This document shows, piece by piece, positions 1-9,282 of a stretch of 64,000 bases of DNA. The DNA lies in the IMG/VR virus record IMGVR_UViG_642918906_000001, positions 192,001 through 256,000 of that record; one strand, given 5' to 3'. Under the pieces are notes generated by a model that was not told where the DNA came from, ran no database searches, and saw nothing but the letters and a program-made list of their open reading frames with translations. The stretch comes from a virus (taxonomy: Duplodnaviria > Caudoviricetes). Position numbers and translations under genes: made by a program. Position 1 is the first letter of the stretch, and each line of letters starts with the position of its first letter.

Positions 1-2
1 TC

Positions 3-320
3 GATACCACCAACCTGACCGGACACAAGTTGTTCGAGAAACGTTCGGATCATCGTCACTTCATTGCGACTGTACAGTTCGCAGATGGCCCTCAGCGGAT
101 CATGACGGTGTACCACAACTCCAACACCGGAAAGCTCGATGTGGATATCGACAATCCGTTGGTTGGTGAAAACATTGAGGATGCATTTGAGGACATCATG
201 ATGATCCTCATCCAGGTATTGCAAATGGCTGCCGGTGTAACTATCTCTGAAAGCATGGCGGGTGTTCGAAGCCATACTTCTGAGATCGCTGTAGCCATCG
301 CTAAGATGGGCACGCGTTAA
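3..320 (+). CDS. hypothetical protein, 5'-truncated by window edge
   Basis: Frame open from base 3 to TAA at 320, followed by a terminator hairpin. Confidence 0.6.
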   Translation, partial: DTTNLTGHKLFEKRSDHRHFIATVQFADGPQRIMTVYHNSNTGKLDVDIDNPLVGENIEDAFEDIMMILIQVLQMAAGVTISESMAGVRSHTSEIAVAIAKMGTR

Positions 321-332
321 GACGACATAAAA

Positions 333-352
333 GCCAGTCCTTCGGGACTGGC
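333..352. terminator. bidirectional intrinsic terminator between convergent genes
   Basis: GCCAGTCC-TTCG-GGACTGGC hairpin with A-rich left flank and T-rich right flank. Confidence 0.85.
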
Positions 353-374
353 AATTATGCTTTTCTTTTTTGTT

Positions 375-1238
375 TCAACGCAACCAGTTAGGCTTACGAA
401 TACCTTTAGCACGATCCCAGCCCAGTGTAGTGATCAGCTCACTTACGTCGTGGGTAGCAGATTCAAGACCCAGGCCAGTACGGCGCCTGGCTTCGTCCTG
501 CATGCGCCACAGTGTATCTGGCGTAATGACCCGTTCTGGTTTGCATTCAGCCTCAGTGAAGCCCTCAAGAGCTGGAGAACTGTATTTGTTGGCAGTAAAG
601 ATACCGCCTTCACCTACGAAGTCCCAAGTCGAGATTTCACGAGTATACTTAACACCACGATACGGATCATCTTGAGTGATGGAACGCACGGAGCAATAAG
701 TGTTAATGCTTGGGTTATCGAGTGAGTCTTTAAAGACCTGTGCAAAAGGACCGTATGGCTTAGCCTCAGCTACAACCATAGTTACAGCCTTACCTTCTTC
801 ATTGCGACCTGGCATCAGAGTCAGGTTACGAATGTGTGCACATACCCGGTTGTCATCAATCTGACGAATACGAGTGAGATACTCAGTATCAGACATTGGC
901 TTACGAACTACACGACCATCGATCAAAAGATCAGTGAACGGTTCAGGGTGTTTGAATTCCATGAACAGAACGCCTTTCTTCAACCGACGCATCAATGAGC
1001 TATTAGGCTCGAACATCGCTCGACCAGAAGCTTCATCGTAGAACATACCAGCTGAGTTGTTAGTGCCATAGCTACCAACAACCAGCGTGTAGTATCCATC
1101 AGCCGAAGCTGGTAAGATACCACGTTTATTAGTGCCAGCCAACATAGCGCAGCCTACGGTAACCGCTGCGTTAGAGGTTGGAACCTGACCCATGGGATTA
1201 GGGACTGTACGCCCCACAACAACACCACTCAGATTCAT
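375..1238 (-). CDS. prohead (head maturation) serine protease, phiKZ gp175-like
   Basis: EFKHPE (catalytic His), CSVRS (catalytic Ser) and TWDFV motifs; C-terminal ALE/GLE self-cleavage-type sites; synteny with vRNAP genes. ATG at 1238 chosen because the upstream gene ends at 1252. Confidence 0.85.
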   Translation of the reverse strand: MNLSGVVVGRTVPNPMGQVPTSNAAVTVGCAMLAGTNKRGILPASADGYYTLVVGSYGTNNSAGMFYDEASGRAMFEPNSSLMRRLKKGVLFMEFKHPEPFTDLLIDGRVVRKPMSDTEYLTRIRQIDDNRVCAHIRNLTLMPGRNEEGKAVTMVVAEAKPYGPFAQVFKDSLDNPSINTYCSVRSITQDDPYRGVKYTREISTWDFVGEGGIFTANKYSSPALEGFTEAECKPERVITPDTLWRMQDEARRRTGLGLESATHDVSELITTLGWDRAKGIRKPNWLR

Positions 1239-1251
1239 AAGAACATTCCGA

Positions 1252-1971
1252 TTAAGTACGGAGCAATTCCTCGATGAGTTCAACTGTTTCACTAGGGTTA
1301 ACCAGTGCAGAGTTGATACCCTCGGTGTAATATGCGCCGTTGAGTTTAGAAGTCGTATCGGAGGTGTTCCAAATAACAGATCGGAATGGTACTGTAACTG
1401 GAGGTTTAGTCAGTACGTCTTCCGGCCTTGCTAGGATGTGCCGATACAGCCGATTCATATCATCGGGATCTCGAGCGATAGTAGAGATAATTAATTCAAT
1501 TACCGACCGGCCACCCAAGTTAACTCCAGCGTGTTCTTCAGCTGTGTCGAACATGTTTGCAATGTCGAAATAGTTCATGTACCAAGGGATATTACCCTTA
1601 GCGATAAACTGGTCGTACATGTAGTAAGTCAGGGTGTCAGTCACAACCAGTGCAGTCGTATAGATAACTGTGTCACCTGCCTCAAATTGGAATTCGATAT
1701 AAGGTTCGTCTTTTATGACTACCTTTTCGGTAGAGCTAGGAGAGATCCGCATCATAGCGATTGTCTTGTTTACAGCGTATCGGTCACCCATGATGATCGG
1801 GAAGAAACCGAAAATAAAAACCTCACTGCCAATGACAGCGAGGTTCTTAGCGGTAAAGGACTCAGGGATCTGAATCCGACAAGGTTCGCTACAGACTACC
1901 GATCCAGACTCCGTTCGATGCAAACGTGCTTTGACGTATTCAGCATCTCGTTTGAGTTGGAAGATATCCAT
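1252..1971 (-). CDS. virion RNA polymerase beta' C-terminal subunit (phiKZ gp176-like)
   Basis: C-terminal 'ELIISTIARD...TTSKLNGAYYTEGINSAL' resembles the beta' C-terminus; lies next to the protease as in phiKZ-like phages. Confidence 0.65.
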   Translation of the reverse strand: MDIFQLKRDAEYVKARLHRTESGSVVCSEPCRIQIPESFTAKNLAVIGSEVFIFGFFPIIMGDRYAVNKTIAMMRISPSSTEKVVIKDEPYIEFQFEAGDTVIYTTALVVTDTLTYYMYDQFIAKGNIPWYMNYFDIANMFDTAEEHAGVNLGGRSVIELIISTIARDPDDMNRLYRHILARPEDVLTKPPVTVPFRSVIWNTSDTTSKLNGAYYTEGINSALVNPSETVELIEELLRT

Positions 1972-2002
1972 GGGTTAACCTCTTACATTTTTTTGGTAGC
2001 TT

Positions 2003-2299
2003 TTAATTCTGCGGTCGAGTCATGGCAGCAAAACCAGCAAGCGGGTCACCGAACAATTTAGTTAGGCTGGTGCTATACTTGTCTTTCCGCGCACGTTCTT
2101 CGGCCATCAAAGGAGAACCCTGATGGATATCTTGCAAGCGTGCTACCCGTTCAGGTAATGACAATGTTTCATCAATACCCATCTCATTGCACTCTCTAGC
2201 AACTCGCGCTGCCGCATCATAAGCTTCTTGCTTGGTGAAGTACTGTGGTCCAGCTTTCTTCATGGTGGTCTCAATAGATTCACCCCGCCGCTCTTGCAA
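2003..2299 (-). CDS. hypothetical protein, possibly a frameshift extension of the upstream gene
   Basis: Fills the gap in the operon; weak TTG start; frame stays open up to 2374, overlapping the end of the upstream gene. Confidence 0.55.
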   Translation of the reverse strand: MQERRGESIETTMKKAGPQYFTKQEAYDAAARVARECNEMGIDETLSLPERVARLQDIHQGSPLMAEERARKDKYSTSLTKLFGDPLAGFAAMTRPQN

Positions 2300-2355
2300 G
2301 CGATCGAGGCGTCTCTTTAGTTCTTCAGGTCCCCATGCTTCTGATGAAGGCTGGC

Positions 2356-4245
2356 TTAGTTCAAAGGGGTTTCGTCATCCTCTTCAGCAGCTTTGTCTTC
2401 TTCAGACTCTTCTTCTGCTGTTTCAGATTCTTCTGCGCCTTCGTCAGTCTCCTCGGACTCTTCTGATTCCTCAGTAGTGTCAGATTCTTCAACCGTGTCA
2501 TCTTCCAGATCAGCGTAGGCATCTTCCTCTTCTGGCTCACCACCAAAATCAGTTTCGTCTTCAGTGGTTTCGACTTCTTCAGTTACGCCATCAGGTCCGT
2601 CAATACCATCGGTACCGTCTTCACCAATAACTTCGTCCGTGGTCTCAACGACATCGTTCTCAGCATCGAACTCACCGCTAGTGTCAGTGGCCTCAGTTAC
2701 ATCAACTACTTCAGCAGTTTCTTCACCACCGTCTTCATAGTCAACTACCGCCAACAGACCAGAGTCATCGATTGCTCCACCTTCTTCAACTGCATTAGGA
2801 TCGATCTCAGGCAGGAAGTCTTCGATCACAATCTGCTTAGCGAGGAACAATGCAACCAAGCTAATAGTAGCCTGAGTATTCAGCTCACGCACCGACGCTT
2901 TAGGGAAGTCTTGACCCAGAGTATCGATAGTGTCCAAGTACTCGATGTAAGTGTCTTCAGGGAAGAACACACGACAGATCAGAGTAGAGAACACTTTGTA
3001 CGGGTTGGTGTAGTCATCACGACGTAGGTAGCGCAGTGATTCTTTCAGCTTAGGTTCAATCTCAGGAGACCAGCGGTCTTTAAGGATTTCCCCACGAGCA
3101 ACTTCACGGAAGGTCGAGATAACGTTATTGATACACTGACGCTCAGCGTAGTCAATTGCCGATTGCTTGATCAGCGGATAGATTGCATGCCAACGAGCGA
3201 TGAACTTATCTGAACCCGCCACAATGTGACGCAGATGAGTTACGCCTGTGTTCTCAATAGCTGCACCCAGTACAGCTTGGAAGTCACCGCCACTAATGAT
3301 CCATGGATCGAATACGTCACCGTTTACTGTCACAACAGCACGACGAGTTTCAATTGGATTAATAGCTTCGTTACGCAGAATCAGGTCGCCATCTTCACGA
3401 GCTTCCGCACGACGAATGTAAGCGCGCATCAGGTAGAAGCCAAACATCTCATGCAGCAACTTGAAGGTGTGTTGCCAATCTTCCAGAGAAACGTCAGTAC
3501 CAGGCACTTGTTCTGGATTATCGATGTAATGACCACACAGGAAATATGCGGTGAGAATATCGTCAACATTAAAAGGAGCCGCTTGCATGGACAGGTAAGG
3601 CAGGGCTGCTGGGGCAACTGGGCCTCCACCAAACAGACTGTTCCAAACAGCCAGTTGACGGTCAGCGCCAACCTTCAGTGCCCACTCGGTAACCTCTTCT
3701 TGTTCCATGTGCGGGTTGTTGATAGCACACATCTCAATGATAGCATCAGCGGTCACTGGAGACAGTACGTAAGAATCATAAATTTCTTTAGGTCGTACGT
3801 TAGTGTAACGAGTGTTAACATGGTTCACCAACACTGGGTTATCGTGAGGAGCCAGATAACGCCAAGGCACAACTTCATACTCAGCCTGTGCAACTGCTTG
3901 CTGTAGGTTAGCAAACGTTTTATGCATTTCTTTAACGGCTGGGATAATAACGTTTGAAGTATTAAACTGAATTTTGGATACGGCGTTAAACAGGTTGTTA
4001 ACAATAGCTTCACGCGAATCGTCAGCAGCAGGAGTGGAGTCCTGATTGATCTCATCGAAGTGATCTTCTACCGCAACCATCTCGGTATCAGGCAAAGCGG
4101 TATTGGTCGGCTCAGAATCGACTTGATAGGTATCAGCAAATACAGCCAAGGGGAACTCTGGGTTCCCCAAGGTCAGTACTTTACCTTCCCGAGTCAACTG
4201 TTGGGCACCGTCACGGACTGCGTCAAGAGTTTCGGATTGGTACAT
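2356..4245 (-). CDS. virion/head protein with very acidic C-terminal tail (phiKZ gp177-like position)
   Basis: 629 aa; GAGGAG RBS; last ~140 aa Glu/Asp-rich; synteny. Confidence 0.75.
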   Translation of the reverse strand: MYQSETLDAVRDGAQQLTREGKVLTLGNPEFPLAVFADTYQVDSEPTNTALPDTEMVAVEDHFDEINQDSTPAADDSREAIVNNLFNAVSKIQFNTSNVIIPAVKEMHKTFANLQQAVAQAEYEVVPWRYLAPHDNPVLVNHVNTRYTNVRPKEIYDSYVLSPVTADAIIEMCAINNPHMEQEEVTEWALKVGADRQLAVWNSLFGGGPVAPAALPYLSMQAAPFNVDDILTAYFLCGHYIDNPEQVPGTDVSLEDWQHTFKLLHEMFGFYLMRAYIRRAEAREDGDLILRNEAINPIETRRAVVTVNGDVFDPWIISGGDFQAVLGAAIENTGVTHLRHIVAGSDKFIARWHAIYPLIKQSAIDYAERQCINNVISTFREVARGEILKDRWSPEIEPKLKESLRYLRRDDYTNPYKVFSTLICRVFFPEDTYIEYLDTIDTLGQDFPKASVRELNTQATISLVALFLAKQIVIEDFLPEIDPNAVEEGGAIDDSGLLAVVDYEDGGEETAEVVDVTEATDTSGEFDAENDVVETTDEVIGEDGTDGIDGPDGVTEEVETTEDETDFGGEPEEEDAYADLEDDTVEESDTTEESEESEETDEGAEESETAEEESEEDKAAEEDDETPLN

Positions 4246-4256
4246 GTGTTAGCTCC

Positions 4257-4457
4257 TCAGTTGTAAGCTTTGAATTTAAGAATGCGACCAATCACACTGG
4301 CCTTGATATCGTTAGCTGTGATGTACTCGCCTTCGATGGTATTAGCTGCGGAGTCAGAACCCATGGTACGAGCGATTGCCTCGTATGCCAATTCAGCTGC
4401 GGCGGTCAGAACAGCTAAGTTCTGACCATGTACTACGTTGTTACTTTGCTTTTGCAT
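4257..4457 (-). CDS. small hypothetical protein in vRNAP operon
   Basis: 66 aa, coupled to the beta gene end, GAGGA RBS. Confidence 0.65.
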   Translation of the reverse strand: MQKQSNNVVHGQNLAVLTAAAELAYEAIARTMGSDSAANTIEGEYITANDIKASVIGRILKFKAYN

Positions 4458-5580
4458 TTACAGTTCCTCGATAAACACCAGCTACCCGTTTAGAGAGAGC
4501 TTTCAAAAGAATGCTGGTCGTTGCGATTAGTTTAGGAGACATTACCATCCGTTCTTCCACAGAGGTGTTGCCGAAGATGATGTCAATTGGAGTGCCGTCT
4601 TCCAGAGTGTTAGTGCCAGTCATCACACGAGAGATAACAGTCTTCATCTGGTTACACAGTACAGCTTTGTCACCTGTACCGAATGGGATATCATGGTCGA
4701 TGTAAATACGAATAACCATGCTATCTGGTTCCAAGATCTGACCTTTAATACGGAAGGAGGAATCAACCTCACCCGAATAAGCATTACGTCCAGTTTGCTG
4801 AGCAATCTCTGCACGTGCTTTGTCTGAGGCTTCTGCGAGTTCACGCAGGTTATCAGACATGTCTTCGATGTCACCATGATAGAAACATTCGATCTTAGAA
4901 ACCGTACCTACGACCTTAGCAGTAGGGGTAGAAGACGACAGTCGTTTGAGCGTCTCAATAGAGGCATCATCAAACAGCGAGCCTGCGGCCGTTTCGGGGT
5001 CTTCAATAATACACAATATTGAACTGAGATCCAGATGGTCACCCGGCTGAACCAATTCAGATACGTGCTGATCAAACCGAACGATAACGTTCTTCACGTC
5101 AGTGGTCTGTGTATTAAGCTTCTTAGCAATAGACTCAGAAACTACCGATCCGTCTTCCAGAGTGTCCAAGTTGTCATCAAACGCAACTACACCGATTACC
5201 CCAGGCATCAGAGAAACCTGATCTGGATTGTAACGGTCTTCTTTGAAATATTTCCGGTTGTATGTAATTGTGTCACCACGTTTAAATTTGTCACCTTTCT
5301 TAAACTTGGTAACCAATTCGTGTGGATACACAACACCCGCAGCTGAACCGTGAATCGTGCCAAGGGGCATTGATTCAACTTCACCATCGGCGTACTGTAC
5401 AGTAATACCGTGTTTGTCCAACGCAACTACTTGACCATCTTGCTCTGCTGCTGTAGCAAAGATACTCGATGTACGTTGACCTACGACCTGTTCGTAACCT
5501 GTACGTACAGGCGAAAGATCGTAACCGTCAGCATACAGACCTTGTTGTTGCTGAATCGAAGCAAAGCCGATCCGCTTCAT
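4441..5580 (-). CDS. virion RNA polymerase beta subunit, exon 2
   Basis: MKRIGFASIQQQQG (equivalent to the ANRALMGxNMQRQA motif), VRTGYE, LEDGSVVSE, GDK..NQMK and DGTPIDIIF beta motifs. Confidence 0.9.
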   Translation of the reverse strand: MKRIGFASIQQQQGLYADGYDLSPVRTGYEQVVGQRTSSIFATAAEQDGQVVALDKHGITVQYADGEVESMPLGTIHGSAAGVVYPHELVTKFKKGDKFKRGDTITYNRKYFKEDRYNPDQVSLMPGVIGVVAFDDNLDTLEDGSVVSESIAKKLNTQTTDVKNVIVRFDQHVSELVQPGDHLDLSSILCIIEDPETAAGSLFDDASIETLKRLSSSTPTAKVVGTVSKIECFYHGDIEDMSDNLRELAEASDKARAEIAQQTGRNAYSGEVDSSFRIKGQILEPDSMVIRIYIDHDIPFGTGDKAVLCNQMKTVISRVMTGTNTLEDGTPIDIIFGNTSVEERMVMSPKLIATTSILLKALSKRVAGVYRGTVNAKAK

Positions 5581-5916
5581 CGTGATATTCAGTATGAGTC
5601 GTTAATTCATACCCGCGCCATTACGCGCAGCTGCATGTCGCCATGCAGACTAGACTATATCTTCATCTCAGTGAGATGCTCCCCATTTCCACCCACTTGG
5701 GTGTACACCGTGATAAGCGGTTAGTCGTTGAACGTTCCTTACATTTCTGTAAGGCTTCGCTGCTGATTGTCTCAGAGAGATATCCCAGCAATTAAAGGAG
5801 ATTCCATCTAGGTATCGCTACCTAGTGGGACTGTATCTATTAAATCTTTGTATTGGATAAACCAAGTTGTCGACCACACTCAATGTAGCGTAGACTTTAC
5901 AAACATTCAATACACA
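5581..5916 (-). mobile_element. group I self-splicing intron (IA2-like, no homing endonuclease ORF), 336 nt
   Basis: Minus-strand P AATTGCTGGGA (5783-5793), Q AATCAGCAG (5760-5768), R GTTCAACGACTA (5722-5733), S AAGATATAGTCT (5652-5663); GCGA-capped P2 and P9 hairpins; 5' exon ends in U, intron ends in G; removal restores in-frame HDD|MKR. Confidence 0.92.
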
Positions 5917-8900
5917 ATCATCGTGGGCAATACCAACACCCAGCAATGCAGAAGTCGAAAGCAGTTTAGACTTACCATCTTTAGATGGGTCATACAAACG
6001 GGTCAAACCACGCATCGATGTGAAGTTAGCATCTGGCGTCATGTAAGCAATAATACCTACGTCACCAGAGTCAACAGTCGACTCAGATACAACACCCAAA
6101 TCAGACTCACCATAAATACGAGTACGAGCAACCATCGATACCGCTGCACGCCCACCATCACCACGATAGGTCATGGCTTCTTGTTCACGCAGGTTAGCGA
6201 TTGGGTTGGAGTCTTCAATCGTCGCTACAGTCGGGTCGTTGAGTTTAGTCCATACTTCATGACGATCCAGAATCACCTTGACATCAGTGGAACCTTCACG
6301 TGCATTGTAACGCTTGATGGCCTTAGACAACGAACTGAAGATCTGACCTGCAATACGTTCGTAACCACGATAGCGCATGTACTGACCATCTACTTCACCC
6401 GGAGACCAATCTTCCATCAACAGTTCAACCGATCTGAACAGCAGACCTTGGAAGTCTGTCGGTTCACCCATCTCTATCAGCATACCTTCAGTGATCGGAT
6501 CAACGAATGCCTCAAACAGGAAATCGATTTCACGAATGAAACGGTTACCCATGTCTTGTTCGATCAGCACACGGTGATACACATCCTTCTTATCGAAGTC
6601 ATAACGAGAGTAATTACGCAGCACTTTGTGATAACGACGCAGACCACCTAAGACCAACATCGAACGATAATCATCGCGTGGGAACACAAGGATCTCATCG
6701 TTGAATGCCAATGTGTAATCGTCGCCAGTCACCACGATACTCTTACCACGTGAATGCGCTTGGTAGCTAACGCCCAACAGATCCAGCAAGTTAGTCAACC
6801 CGAGTTGATAGCCCAATACAAAACCAATTGGGATGTCCTTACCCGAGATCTTAACGTCAACAGCTTCCAGTGGAGCTTTAGCAGCGTTGATACCAGTCAT
6901 GTCCAACAGCGTACCCATTGGTTCCAACTCGTTACCTTCTTTAAGATAGAAGATACCAGCTTTATCCAACAGAATAGCATGTCCTTCACGAACACCTACC
7001 ATTACGTATCCATCACGTTCATTGAACTCTGGATCGATGTTGAACTTTTCCTTAAAGTACTTAGCTCGATTAGGGTAGTTGAAGTAAAGGTGATTGGCAC
7101 CGTTGTCAATACTAGCGAACTTACCGGCCATGGCCGAGTAAACACGTGGTAGGTGATATTCAGACAGATCCAACTCAATGTATTTCTGGTTGGTCACAAT
7201 CGGGTTAGTAGCATCCCGAGCTTTCGTATCGATCTGACGAGTTAACCAAACATCAAAAGCATGCTCTGCACGAGGTGAACGCATAACGAATGTTTTATTG
7301 GTATAGCTAGTCAGCGCAACCCGAGTAGGAGATACTTTACGGATTGGAATATCTGCCCGCTGAACGCGTTGACGATACGTTACGCCGTTACTGAGGAAAC
7401 GACCATCTTTATCGATAACAGGAATTGTAAAGTTAAGTTGTGAAGCCATACCACGAACCGGCTTAACTGTAACCGTGAAGGTTTGAGTGTGGTTCATAGC
7501 GTCTTCGTTTTCTTGAATCTTGATATCTGTTACAGCCACGCCTTGACGTTGAATCGCCATGATCGATTGCAAGATATCTTTTGGTAACAGAGTCTTGATG
7601 TACTTACGCATCATCGACTTGTGTACCGAACGCAACATGGATTTATCCATGATGGTTGTTTTATCAGGGAACTCGTGAGCAGGTACCTCGAAGTCTTCCT
7701 TGGCGTATTGCATGGCTTCTTTAACAGTCAGACCACTACCAAATGGATCAGGCATTTCTTCATAACGCTGGGCGTCATCAATAGCCATCTCGAATGTACG
7801 TTCAGAGATCATACCCACTTTAGCCAGACGGAATGCACGCTTTGCTACACCATCCAACATCTTATCGCCAGTAGTGAACTCTTGGTCAATAATCGTAGCT
7901 GGACGAGCCTGTTCCACCTTGAGGGTCTTAGCTGCGACCCCACTGAGTTCATCGTTTTCGATGTTAAGCGTAGTACGTTCAAGATCCAGCTCTGGTGGTG
8001 GCTCAAAAGTAACCTGCAAAATATCCAGATCGAACGACCGGTATACTTTACTGAGAGGTGGCGTTACCACCTCAGGTTCTTCGATATCGAGGTCAACACT
8101 GACTTGCTTAGCTTTGATCTCTACCGGTTCTTCCTCTTCAGAGAACTCTTCTTCGTCTTCATTAACGACGATTACTGGCTCATCAGATTCTTCAGCTTCG
8201 GCTTCGATCATGGCATTGGCTTGAACGTTAGCATCGTTCTCGATCAGTTGATCGTTACCAGCAGCATACTCAACCAGAGTAGTCATCAAACTAACAAAGC
8301 GGCGCTGAATCAACTCAGGTTTGAAGTAAGCTTCCATGCCGAATTCATCGACATAGGTTTCAAAGCCGTATGTCAATCGTTCGCTAATACCCATATCAGA
8401 GAGGTTACGTTTCTCTTCATAGGTCTCATAGTTACCGTCGGCATCTTGATAAGTCTCAAAAGTAACTGCATCTTCCAGTAGCTTGAGTTTATCCGCTTCT
8501 TTCTCTTCTTCGGTCTGTTCACGCCATTCGTCCAGCTTACCCAAGTTGATAACAAAGAAGCTACCTTGAACTCGGATAAAGAAGTTGATCTGCGGGAAGT
8601 ATTTCTTATCGACTTTAGAGACAAACGAAGTCTTACGATCTGGACCCAAGAATCGATACAGATCAAACAGATCCATCAATTCACCTGTACGGAAAGTCTC
8701 CAACAGGTTTTGAGTTTGAGACGTTTCGAACATCTTGAACTGAGCCATAGTCGGCATCGATTCAGGAACATGCAGCTCGATGAAATGGTTCCACGTTGGG
8801 AACCGAGTGCAGGCATCTTGTACCCCATCCCAGAAAGTAGCCGTGTCGTTCACCCAACGATAGTAGTTAGCTTTATAGCTAGCGATGTATCGATACAGTG

Positions 8901-9279
8901 GATTCAGCAGGTTGTAGTTAAACAACGCTACGTTCTGTTGGTTCAGTTTAACCGATTCATCACGACGCAGTGGTTTGAAGAAACGATTCTGTCTACGGAA
9001 GTCATTAATCAAAGTAGGTGGTAACACCGAAGTACGCTTTGGGTTACCTACTTCAGACTTAAGTTCGGTGATCTGTTCAAGGAACACCTTACCTTTAAGT
9101 TTGGCAATGATTGGATCTACTTGCGATGGACCTAAGACGGCTTGGTTATCCGCATGAAAGTGATACACTGTTTCCATAGGGAAATCGAATTTACCAATCG
9201 CGTGCAGACGCGGAGACTGAAGCTCCGCTGCCTGACGTAGACCAAAGCTTCTTAAAAACTGGTCAATTTTTAAACGCAT
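5917..9279 (-). CDS. virion RNA polymerase beta subunit (phiKZ gp178-like), exon 1
   Basis: IPVIDKDGRFLSNG, SNPIANL, GVVSESTVDSGDVG and LLSTSALL...HDD beta motifs; long acidic N-terminal insertion. Confidence 0.9.
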
Positions 9280-9282
9280 GTT

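Noticed and set aside
2361-2546. 61-aa ORF ending CTT TGA as a prfB-like +1 shift site
   Set aside because: It lies in an alternative frame of the acidic tail with no evidence of translation; the -1 model from the main frame is simpler
2356-2800. TCTTC-rich repeats as a DNA repeat element
   Set aside because: Explained by Glu/Asp codons of the acidic protein tail
5818-5916. C-terminal CVLNVCK...YSPTR of the 1153-aa ORF as real protein or an intein start
   Set aside because: It is read-through into the group I intron; a stop follows, there is no intein C-terminal HN, and RNAP homology resumes at 5580
3226-9024. Long plus-strand ORFs (3226-3906, 5848-6651, 7621-8481 and others)
   Set aside because: Antisense shadows of well-supported minus-strand genes caused by codon bias; no RBS or motifs
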